Below the pieces are notes generated by a model, which worked only from the letters and a program-made list of their open reading frames with translations, did not search any database and had not been told where the DNA came from. From Candidatus Iainarchaeum sp. (lineage in GTDB: Archaea > Iainarchaeota > Iainarchaeia > Iainarchaeales > 0-14-0-20-34-12): 32,000 nucleotides of DNA. Position numbers and translations under genes: made by a program. Below are positions 16,374 to 23,280 of this stretch, piece after piece. The stretch's first letter is position 1; every line of letters starts with the position of its first letter. The DNA lies in contig JAUSKK010000046.1 in the NCBI GenBank assembly GCA_030649345.1, positions 1 through 32,000 on the forward strand. The letters are read 5' to 3'.

Positions 16374-16727
16374 TTATTTTTCTTCTTCATCGTCTTCTTT
16401 TTCAGCCATTTTTCCTTCCAAACCTGTTTTCAGCTTGTTTAATCGGTTAATTAGAGATTCTTCTTGCTTGACTAAAGTTTTAACGCGTAAATCGGTTTGT
16501 TCGATTAAATCTTGCAATTCTTTTTTAACAATACTCGCATCTTTTAATACTAAAATATTCCCAACTGCTTTGTATACTTTTTCTTCTTTAGTTTCATTTA
16601 ATTCTTTTAATGCTTCCGTCAAAGCTGTTTTTTGCATATCCAATTGATTTTTTTGATTTCCAACCAGCAATAATTGCTGGCGTTTTTTTGCAAATTCTTG
16701 AACATCTTGTTGCATTTCAGCTTCCAT
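16374..16727 (-). CDS. pfdB: prefoldin beta subunit
   Basis: Coiled-coil / beta-hairpin / coiled-coil layout (KVYKAVGNILVLKD centre) and typical length. GAGGTG SD. Canonical position at the end of the exosome superoperon. Confidence 0.8.
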   Translation of the reverse strand: MEAEMQQDVQEFAKKRQQLLLVGNQKNQLDMQKTALTEALKELNETKEEKVYKAVGNILVLKDASIVKKELQDLIEQTDLRVKTLVKQEESLINRLNKLKTGLEGKMAEKEDDEEEK

Positions 16728-16744
16728 GATTACACACCTCTAAG

Positions 16745-16981
16745 TTAATTGAAATTTTTGATTAAATCGTACGTTAAAACAATTCCTTGCAATAACGAAC
16801 GCACAGTAGCTCGCAAAGCAAACAAATCTGTCGCATTCACTTTTAAAATCAATTTATTTTTTTGAACCAAAAGTTTTGCTTGAGATCTGCGCTCATAGCT
16901 TTTATTTAATTCAATAAATACACATTCTTTAATTTGCTGAGCTAACTCAGCGGATTCAAATTCCAATTCCAAAGAAAACAA
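16745..16981 (-). CDS. pcc1: KEOPS subunit Pcc1-like protein (probable TTG start; the listed ORF extends to ATG 17059)
   Basis: FSLELEFESAELAQQIKECV...LKVNATDLFALRATVRSLLQGI fits the Pcc1/CTAG family and its canonical slot before pfdB. The first 26 codons of the listed ORF overlap the rpoP coding sequence in another frame, so I prefer TTG 16981, 5 nt after the rpoP stop. Confidence 0.6.
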   Translation of the reverse strand: MFSLELEFESAELAQQIKECVFIELNKSYERRSQAKLLVQKNKLILKVNATDLFALRATVRSLLQGIVLTYDLIKNFN

Positions 16982-16986
16982 TTGAC

Positions 16987-17118
16987 TTAAATGACTTGAA
17001 TTTCTTTGGTGATGGGTGATCTTTGTTTTATTAAAATTTTCCCTGCGCAATTGGGACATCGAATCATTCCTTTAGGTAATTCTTTGAGTTCAGAAGTGCA
17101 TTTAATACATTTATACAT
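16987..17118 (-). CDS. rpoP: DNA-directed RNA polymerase subunit P (Rpb12 homologue), 43 aa, not in ORF track
   Basis: Hand translation: MYKCIKCTSELKELPKGMIRCPNCAGKILIKQRSPITKEIQVI*. It has the CxxC...RCPxCxxxIxxKxR zinc ribbon typical of RpoP. AGGTGA SD lies 4 nt upstream. Canonical position after L37Ae. Confidence 0.85.
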   Translation of the reverse strand: MYKCIKCTSELKELPKGMIRCPNCAGKILIKQRSPITKEIQVI

Positions 17119-17126
17119 GATTTCAC

Positions 17127-17546
17127 CTATTCTTTATCTTCTTCCAAAACTTCATCGATTTGGGGTTCAATTGTTTTTATTTTTTCTTTATGTTTTGGTT
17201 TTTCTGTTTTAACAATTTCATGTTCTTTTACTTTTTCAACTATTTTTTTTTCTTTTAACTGAGTTAATTCAGTTTCCAGTGCAGCAAATTGTTTTTGTTT
17301 AACAGATCGATTTACCAGTCTTCCACTCATGGTAGTAGGCGTGTATGCTCCACCGGCAAAAGAAGCATTACATGAATTGCATTCAAATAATCCTGCTGCT
17401 TTACGTATAACTTTGGGTTTTTCACAAAACGGGCATACATGTTTTTTTCGTTGTTCTAATTCTACTTTTAAAACACGGGCTTTTACACCGCGGCCATACC
17501 TTGACCCATATCTTCCAGTATGCAATACTTTTTTAGTGTCTGCCAT
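17127..17546 (-). CDS. rpl37ae: ribosomal protein L37Ae (eL43) with 56-aa Lys/Glu-rich C-terminal extension
   Basis: TGRYGSRYGRGVKARV, zinc ribbon CPFC...CNSC, GGAYTP. AGGTGA SD lies 4 nt before ATG 17546 (Met9 of the listed ORF). The tail KQFAALETELTQLKEKK...EEDKE lies beyond the usual ~85-90 aa protein. Confidence 0.9.
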   Translation of the reverse strand: MADTKKVLHTGRYGSRYGRGVKARVLKVELEQRKKHVCPFCEKPKVIRKAAGLFECNSCNASFAGGAYTPTTMSGRLVNRSVKQKQFAALETELTQLKEKKIVEKVKEHEIVKTEKPKHKEKIKTIEPQIDEVLEEDKE

Positions 17547-17550
17547 GATT

Positions 17551-18363
17551 TCACCTTTTTCCGCCTGCAAATTTCTTTAATTGACTTCGCAGTTCGTCTC
17601 CTTTTTCAAAAGCAATATCAATACAGTGATCTACTTCACTTTGAGTAAAACTTCCGTGGCCTCCTTTTTGGAGAGCACTGAATTTTTTTCCTTCAAAGGT
17701 TGCAATAGAAAATCGAGCAGACATTGCTTTTTCTTCAGCATAACTTGTATCCACTACAATTTGGTTTCCAATTTTGGCAAAAGTCGTCAAAATAGGAAGA
17801 TTGGTTAATTCTAATTTTCCTTCAAATTCTCCGCGAACAATTTTATTTTCTTCCAATTTTGGAACACGGCAATTCATTAAAGCTGCCATGGAAGACAATG
17901 AACAAGTATCAAACAAATTGCCTGCATGATTAATTACATACGAGTCAATGAATACAACCCAACATTTTTCTCCTGCAACCAAAGACAATTTTTTAAAATC
18001 TAAAGTCTTGGCTTCCCGAATTCCTCGATCAACTACCCTGGATAATTCAATGGCTTCAGTTTTCGGCGGTCCTGATTCAAATGTAGGAGATGCTAAAGGC
18101 AATAATTCTACTCCAACTGAAATAGTTCCTTCATCTGGATTGTCTGGATAAGGTTTATCTACAATCATTTTAACTCCAGTAATCGATTGGCTTTCACCTA
18201 AAAAAGCACGAGCACTACCGTCTGCGTTTTCGCTGACATTGGTTTCAATTTTTAAAGTTCTGTAATCTAATAAATCGCGTCCATCCATTCTTTTTCCTTG
18301 TTTAATGGATTTTAAAACTTCTTCGGATCGCAATTCCCAAATAATATCTTCTTTTGTACTCAT
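17551..18363 (-). CDS. rrp42: exosome complex component Rrp42 (RNase PH-like, non-catalytic)
   Basis: RMDGRDLLDYRTLKIETNVSENADGSARAFLG and RNase PH domain length. Its start overlaps the rrp41 stop by 1 nt (TAATG). Confidence 0.9.
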   Translation of the reverse strand: MSTKEDIIWELRSEEVLKSIKQGKRMDGRDLLDYRTLKIETNVSENADGSARAFLGESQSITGVKMIVDKPYPDNPDEGTISVGVELLPLASPTFESGPPKTEAIELSRVVDRGIREAKTLDFKKLSLVAGEKCWVVFIDSYVINHAGNLFDTCSLSSMAALMNCRVPKLEENKIVRGEFEGKLELTNLPILTTFAKIGNQIVVDTSYAEEKAMSARFSIATFEGKKFSALQKGGHGSFTQSEVDHCIDIAFEKGDELRSQLKKFAGGKR

Positions 18364-19121
18364 TATTCCACCTTGTTTTCTTTGCTGGATTCAGCTTGAA
18401 TATATTTTTCTTTCAATGCATTTTTTTGCAGTTCGTATACTTTTTTGCATGCTTTTAATCCCAAATCAATGGCTTTCGTCCATTCGTCTTTGGTTATAAC
18501 GCCGTCCATTTGCAGTAATACAATTTCTTCTGTACTAGGCAAAATAGCCATCGGCATATCCACGGCATCCGAAGCATCTTCTTCGTCTTTGTTTAAGTCA
18601 ACCAAAATATGACCGCCGGCTTTTCCTACAGCTACAGCTGCAACCATATCTCGCATTGGAATTCCAGCATCGGCTAAAGCAACACTGGCTGCAGTAATGG
18701 CCGCAACTCTACTCCCGGCATTGCTGTCTAAAATTTCAACGTAAATATCAATCACTGCATTTGGAAATTTTTCCAAGAAAATAGTTTTCTCGAAAGCTTC
18801 ACCGCATACTTTGGAAATTTCAATATCTCTTCTTCCAGGCTTTGGATTTTTTCGATCGGGTACTGAAAAAGAAGCCATTCGATAAACAAAATTTACGTTA
18901 GCCTTGGTTGGATCTTGAGTATGTGCGGGCAATGCTTCTCTAGGACCATATACTCCGGCAATAATTTTATTTTGACCCCACTCCAGATAACAAGAGCCAT
19001 CGGCTCTAGGCAATACACCGGAAGTAATTTTTATTTTTCTAGTTTCATCTACTTTTCGTCCATCTAAACGCAAACCTTGTTTGTTCACATACACAGGTTC
19101 TTCATTATTTTTGTTACTCAT
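18363..19121 (-). CDS. rrp41: exosome complex exonuclease Rrp41 (RNase PH domain)
   Basis: LRLDGRKVDETRKIKITSGVLPRADGSCYLEWGQNKIIAGVYGPRE, AGSRVAAITAASVALADAGIPMRD, VDLNKDEEDASDAVDMPMA. GAGGAG SD before ATG 19121 (Met10 of the listed ORF). Confidence 0.9.
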   Translation of the reverse strand: MSNKNNEEPVYVNKQGLRLDGRKVDETRKIKITSGVLPRADGSCYLEWGQNKIIAGVYGPREALPAHTQDPTKANVNFVYRMASFSVPDRKNPKPGRRDIEISKVCGEAFEKTIFLEKFPNAVIDIYVEILDSNAGSRVAAITAASVALADAGIPMRDMVAAVAVGKAGGHILVDLNKDEEDASDAVDMPMAILPSTEEIVLLQMDGVITKDEWTKAIDLGLKACKKVYELQKNALKEKYIQAESSKENKVE

Positions 19122-19785
19122 ACAATCTCCTCTTTTGATCTGTTTCATTTTGAGCCAAAGATTCTGTAATTTTGGCTGGATTTTCTATAAAAAATTGTTC
19201 CATTTTTTGAGTTAAATTACTTAAATGTGCTTCGTTTTCAATTTTTTCAATTGCTTTTTTTAATAAATTAATATCTCCGCCTTTAACCCAAATTCGTCCA
19301 TTGCGTCCGACCACAATCAAAGATTGGGTTCCTTTTTTGATAACTTCCAGCATGCTTCCGCTTTTTCCAATCAGCCTAGGAACTTTTACTGGGGTAATGG
19401 TTAAAACTGTTCCGCCTTGTTGGGTGCGAACATCTGAAATCTTAGCTTCATGGGTTTCATCAATATCTTCAATACGCACACTAACTACTTCTCCAGGCCG
19501 TAAAGAATATCGAAATTCTTTTTTGGATAAAAACGAAGGATAAAAAGCAGCAATGTCAATCATAAAACCAGAAAATTCTTCTTTTTTTACAATTCCAATT
19601 ACAATATCATTAATTTTAGGAATATATTTTCCACGCAAAGGAACAACATCTGCAACAGGAGATTCATCGTTCACTAAGCCTACGCAGGCAGCATAAATTT
19701 TTCCATTTTGAGAATAAACATAATCTCCAGTTCGTTTGGCTTCTTCGCTTACCAATTCTCCGGGAACAACCAATCGTTTAGACAT
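19114..19785 (-). CDS. rrp4: exosome complex RNA-binding protein Rrp4 (N-terminal + S1 + KH domains)
   Basis: VPGELV N-domain, S1-like GIVKKEEFSGFMIDI, KH GxxG (IGKSGSMLEVIKK). GGAGG SD upstream. Confidence 0.9.
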   Translation of the reverse strand: MSKRLVVPGELVSEEAKRTGDYVYSQNGKIYAACVGLVNDESPVADVVPLRGKYIPKINDIVIGIVKKEEFSGFMIDIAAFYPSFLSKKEFRYSLRPGEVVSVRIEDIDETHEAKISDVRTQQGGTVLTITPVKVPRLIGKSGSMLEVIKKGTQSLIVVGRNGRIWVKGGDINLLKKAIEKIENEAHLSNLTQKMEQFFIENPAKITESLAQNETDQKRRLYE

Positions 19786-19873
19786 TTAAAATTCCTCCAG
19801 GAATTTTAATAATTCAAAATTACATTTTGAAAACATATTGAAAAAGTACCTCATTTTAAGTATTTTAGTGCAT

Positions 19874-20587
19874 TTAAACCTGTTTTTGGTCTAAAATTCG
19901 GGTTTCGGCTCTGCCTTGGGAGAGCTTATTAACAATATTAAACAATTCATTTTTTAATCCTGCTGGGATGCTTACAACCAGGATTAAGCTGCCATCGCGT
20001 TGCCATTCTTGTTTGCTGGTCTCAAAGTCTCGTAAAGCATTGGGCGCCTTGGGTGCAAACTCTGCTGGAATTCGGACAGCAATGTCTAATTTTTCAAAAG
20101 CAATGGGAATAATTTTCTTAATTTCTTTTAACACCAGTTGAACTTGTTCTGCAGTAGGCTTTAATGGGTCAATGGAAACTTTAGCTTCTTCCATGGCTAA
20201 TTCAATTCTTTGCAAAGGATGCGGATTTTTAGTCTGAGGATCAATGGCATTGCGCATAATGACTTGGATAATTTCTTTTCTCTTTTTTTCTTTCAATTCT
20301 TTTCTTTGTTCAGTAGTTAATTGAACTTCTCCTTTGAGAATAATCTGCCGAACCACTTCTTTTAAGTCAGCAGTCTGAAAAGCTTTTTGAATAGTTTCCG
20401 GAGATTGTTCTTCTCCTTTATGAGCATCTTTGAATACTTTGTCAATAGCAATCAAGTCATCAAATTTTACAGGCTGACCAGATTTCAAAGCCAAAGCTAA
20501 ATTGGGGTCAACCAAAGCTTCAAATTTATGCCCGGCTTTTTCCAAGCGAGCAATGACAGCTTCATTTATTTTAACCACAAAAATCAC
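19874..20587 (-). CDS. sdo1: SBDS-family ribosome maturation protein
   Basis: AVIARLEKAGHKFEALVDPNLALALKSGQ, FKDAHKGEE, VQLTTEQRKE. Canonical slot before rrp4. GTG start at 20587 overlaps the upstream TGA (GTGA); an alternative GTG is at 20578. Confidence 0.85.
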   Translation of the reverse strand: MIFVVKINEAVIARLEKAGHKFEALVDPNLALALKSGQPVKFDDLIAIDKVFKDAHKGEEQSPETIQKAFQTADLKEVVRQIILKGEVQLTTEQRKELKEKKRKEIIQVIMRNAIDPQTKNPHPLQRIELAMEEAKVSIDPLKPTAEQVQLVLKEIKKIIPIAFEKLDIAVRIPAEFAPKAPNALRDFETSKQEWQRDGSLILVVSIPAGLKNELFNIVNKLSQGRAETRILDQKQV

Positions 20588-20949
20588 TCAAGTTCAGTTC
20601 TAATAATTTCCATGTGCATATCAGAAATAATCACTAAAGAATTTTTAAACTTCTCGGAAGAATGAAGTTCTAAAATAGACAAAAATTTAGCGGTTACATT
20701 GGCAGATTTTTGATTGGAAAACCTCAGAACAATAATACCTGAATGTTTAACAAGTTTTTGGCGGGATAAATTCAAAAAATCTTTATCGTGAGTCAAAATA
20801 ATTCGTTTTTCAGCAACGGCTAATTCTAAAATACGAAGATCAGAAATTCCAAATAATTTTTCTTCTTTAATATCTTTAACAGTATGACCTGCAGTTCGCA
20901 ATGCTTTAACCAAACGCATAGAAACGTTTTCGTCAGCTAAAAATAACAT
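20584..20949 (-). CDS. DUF5615 / COG4634 PIN-like putative toxin
   Basis: MLFLADENVSMRLVKALRTAGHTVKDI...DLRILELAVAEKRIILTHDKDF is the typical COG4634 pattern. The ATG at 20949 lies 1 nt after the DUF433 stop. Confidence 0.75.
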   Translation of the reverse strand: MLFLADENVSMRLVKALRTAGHTVKDIKEEKLFGISDLRILELAVAEKRIILTHDKDFLNLSRQKLVKHSGIIVLRFSNQKSANVTAKFLSILELHSSEKFKNSLVIISDMHMEIIRTELE

Positions 20950-20950
20950 G

Positions 20951-21175
20951 TTACTTACCAACAACAATTAGTTCTTCGTGTTTCATGGCTTTAGCTGCAT
21001 AATCCACAGCGGCCAAAACATCTTCTCGCTTCAAATGAGGATATTCAACTAAAATGTCTCCCATTTCAGTACCGGATGCCAATAATTCAAGAATGAATTC
21101 TACAGAAATTCGCGTACCTTTAATAATAGGCTTTCCGCTCAAAATTTTGGAGTCAAATATAATTCGGGATTGCAT
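20951..21175 (-). CDS. DUF433 / COG2442 putative antitoxin
   Basis: ILSGKPIIKGTRISVEFILELLASGTEMGDILVEYPHLKREDVLAAVDYA is the typical DUF433 pattern. A TATA-like ATTTATAT is centred ~26 nt upstream of the ATG. Confidence 0.75.
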   Translation of the reverse strand: MQSRIIFDSKILSGKPIIKGTRISVEFILELLASGTEMGDILVEYPHLKREDVLAAVDYAAKAMKHEELIVVGK

Positions 21176-21238
21176 GTAAAACTAGTGGTTTAAAGCATAT
21201 AAATACCTTTCCAGATTTTCCAGAAAACTATTTAAACA

Positions 21239-21246
21239 CCCCCCCC
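21239..21246. repeat. C8 homopolymer between a TATA-like box and the start codon
   Basis: CCCCCCCC at 21239-21246 in otherwise AT-rich DNA. TATA-like ATTTAAA at 21230-21236 and ATG at 21258. Confidence 0.7.
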
Positions 21247-21257
21247 TTAATACTCAC

Positions 21258-21593
21258 ATGCAAAACAAAATTTTACTAATAGGATTGATTGCACTAGCCT
21301 TAATTTTACTCGGATGCACGCAAGGAACTGTAAACTTAGGATGTCAAATACAAAATTGTGGTCATGCAGTTCAAAATCCAACCTGTGGACCTGTTCCAAT
21401 AGATCAACAATGCCCAGCTATTGCAAAATTTGAAGATTATTGTTTAAAATTTGTAGACTGTTCAACTGAAAATAATTCTTGCACAACTCAAATAGAACCA
21501 GAATACAATTCATGTTACGATTGTTTCATGTCATGTAAAAATCAAGAAAATCAAAAAGTATGCATGGATTCATGCCAAGAACAATTCAAATAA
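21258..21593 (+). CDS. small Cys-rich secreted lipoprotein (13 Cys in 111 aa)
   Basis: Signal peptide with lipobox LLG-C. 12 further Cys in the ~90-aa mature part (counted by hand). I recognise no family. Confidence 0.6.
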   Translation: MQNKILLIGLIALALILLGCTQGTVNLGCQIQNCGHAVQNPTCGPVPIDQQCPAIAKFEDYCLKFVDCSTENNSCTTQIEPEYNSCYDCFMSCKNQENQKVCMDSCQEQFK

Positions 21594-21619
21594 AAAAATT
21601 TATCTTTTAAAAGAAAAAT

Positions 21620-22357
21620 TTATTGCCCGTTTTTTCCGAGAATGGCTTTCAGTTCTTTCAAGCTGAACAATTGAAATGGTTTATTGGCTTGAATAAAAGC
21701 AATGTCAATTTTTTTCAAGTCAAATTTTTCGTCTTTTTCTTTGCTGGCTTTAATGGCTTTAATGGCCAATTGCACTGCTTGTTCTATAGAAAGTTTTTCG
21801 GAATATTCTGCTTCCAATACTTGCATGGCTTCAGTTTTTCCTTTTCCAATAGCGACTGCTCGATATTCAGCTAAGGCTCCTGAAGGTTCGGTTTCAAATA
21901 ATCTTAATCCAGTATCATCAATTCCACCAAAAATTAAGCTGACACCAAAAGGGCGCATTCCAGCGTATTGAGTAAAAATTTGTTTAATAGAAGAAATTTC
22001 TTTCACTAAAGTTTCTACATGAATCGCATCATCGTACATCATTCGGTTGTCTTGTGCATTTTGTCGTGCAATAGTAACCAATCTTCGAGCATCTCCAACC
22101 AAACCAGAACTGACAACTCCAACATGATCGTCTACTTTGAATACTTTTTCAATTGAATTCGGTAAAACCAAAGAACTAACTACATGTTTGTCGGCAGCCA
22201 ATAAAATTCCGCCATTGTAAACCATTCCAACTCCAATGGTTCCTTGTTCTACAATTCTAGAAGCATATTCTACTTGATACAGTCTTCCTTTCGGGGAAAA
22301 CATGGTAGCAACCCGATCATAACCTGAAGTCTTTGCATTCTGAGAAGGAATATTCAT
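21620..22357 (-). CDS. psmA: proteasome alpha subunit
   Basis: Alpha-subunit signature YDRVATMFSPKGRLYQVEYA and full-length similarity. GGTGA SD upstream. Confidence 0.95.
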   Translation of the reverse strand: MNIPSQNAKTSGYDRVATMFSPKGRLYQVEYASRIVEQGTIGVGMVYNGGILLAADKHVVSSLVLPNSIEKVFKVDDHVGVVSSGLVGDARRLVTIARQNAQDNRMMYDDAIHVETLVKEISSIKQIFTQYAGMRPFGVSLIFGGIDDTGLRLFETEPSGALAEYRAVAIGKGKTEAMQVLEAEYSEKLSIEQAVQLAIKAIKASKEKDEKFDLKKIDIAFIQANKPFQLFSLKELKAILGKNGQ

Positions 22358-22541
22358 TAAAAATCACCAATCACTTTAATTCTATAAATCTCTTTATTCT
22401 ATTTTAGATATATTAAGAGTACATTAACAAAACCTATAAAAACCTTGCATTTGTAGGCTTTACTCCCCAAAATTCTTTAAATCAATCAAACAACACAGCC
22501 CATTTTCAGTAATCTTAGACAGATTTTGATTCACAGCAAAA

Positions 22542-22585
22542 AGTATAAATACAAGTTATACTACAGTATTACTGGAGGTTATACT
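22542..22585 (+). promoter_or_regulatory. tandem inverted-repeat operator candidate in front of vapBC
   Basis: AGTATA-N9-TATACT (22542-22562) and AGTATT-N9-TATACT (22565-22585), 23-bp period. The first copy overlaps the TATA-like GTATAAATA and the second overlaps the GGAGG SD of vapB. Confidence 0.5.
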
Positions 22586-22588
22586 TTT

Positions 22589-22849
22589 ATGGTGGAAATT
22601 ACAATGACCGTAGGTCCAAAAGGACAGGTGGTAATTCCAAAAGTCTTGAGAGATGAATACGGGATTTTGCCAAATGATAAAGTAATTGTGAAAGAAAGCC
22701 CGAATGGAATTATTATTTCCAAACCCAAGCTGGATGTAGCCAATATTTTCAGAGAACTTGGAAAAAATGGACCGCAAATTAAAAAAATTAGTTCTCATTT
22801 TTACGAAAAAGAATCAGAAGAACGATGGCAGAAGGCGAAACCTAAATGA
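22589..22849 (+). CDS. vapB: AbrB/SpoVT-family antitoxin VapB
   Basis: VGPKGQVVIPKVLRDEYGILPNDKVIV swapped-hairpin motif. GGAGG lies ~10 nt before ATG 22589. The stop overlaps the vapC start (ATGA). Confidence 0.8.
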   Translation: MVEITMTVGPKGQVVIPKVLRDEYGILPNDKVIVKESPNGIIISKPKLDVANIFRELGKNGPQIKKISSHFYEKESEERWQKAKPK

Positions 22850-23280
22850 AAGTTTATTTAGATGCCAATGTATTCATTTGCGCAGCGATTAGTTCTCCAG
22901 AGCTTCGCACACAAGCTGTTGCAATTATTCAAGCAGTTCAAGAAGAAAAAGTTGAAGCTTTAACCAGTATTTTAACCTGGGACGAAGTTGTATACGTTAT
23001 AAAAAAATTGGATACAACTTCTGCAGCCATTGAAGCAGGATTTGCATTCCTAAATTTTAGTCAACTGCAAATAGTAAATGCTACAAAAAATACTGGCTTG
23101 GAAGCATTGGAAGCCATTCGAGAGCACAAGCTTTTGCCCAGAGATGCCATTCATTATGCAACCATGAAAATTGAAAACATAACTGAAATTGTAAGCGAAG
23201 ATTCAGACTTTGACAAAATCAAAACAATTAAACGTTATTCTATTAAAGAATTTTCAGAAAAAATAAACAAACTTCACTAA
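22846..23280 (+). CDS. vapC: PIN-domain toxin VapC
   Basis: YLDANVFI (first Asp), WDEV, PRDAIHYA and SEDSDFD acidic residues in PIN spacing. Confidence 0.8.
   Translation: MKVYLDANVFICAAISSPELRTQAVAIIQAVQEEKVEALTSILTWDEVVYVIKKLDTTSAAIEAGFAFLNFSQLQIVNATKNTGLEALEAIREHKLLPRDAIHYATMKIENITEIVSEDSDFDKIKTIKRYSIKEFSEKINKLH

Noticed and set aside
16982-17059. The ATG-initiated N-terminal extension of the Pcc1-like ORF.
   Set aside because: It overlaps the well-supported rpoP coding sequence in a different frame, and the extension has no Pcc1-like sequence. See the rpoP/pcc1 finding.
19786-19803. Hairpin AAATTCC-TCCA-GGAATTT enclosing the rrp4 Shine-Dalgarno, as a possible translational control element.
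   Set aside because: It is only 7 bp and AT-rich, so thermodynamically weak. Palindromes of this size are frequent in this DNA.
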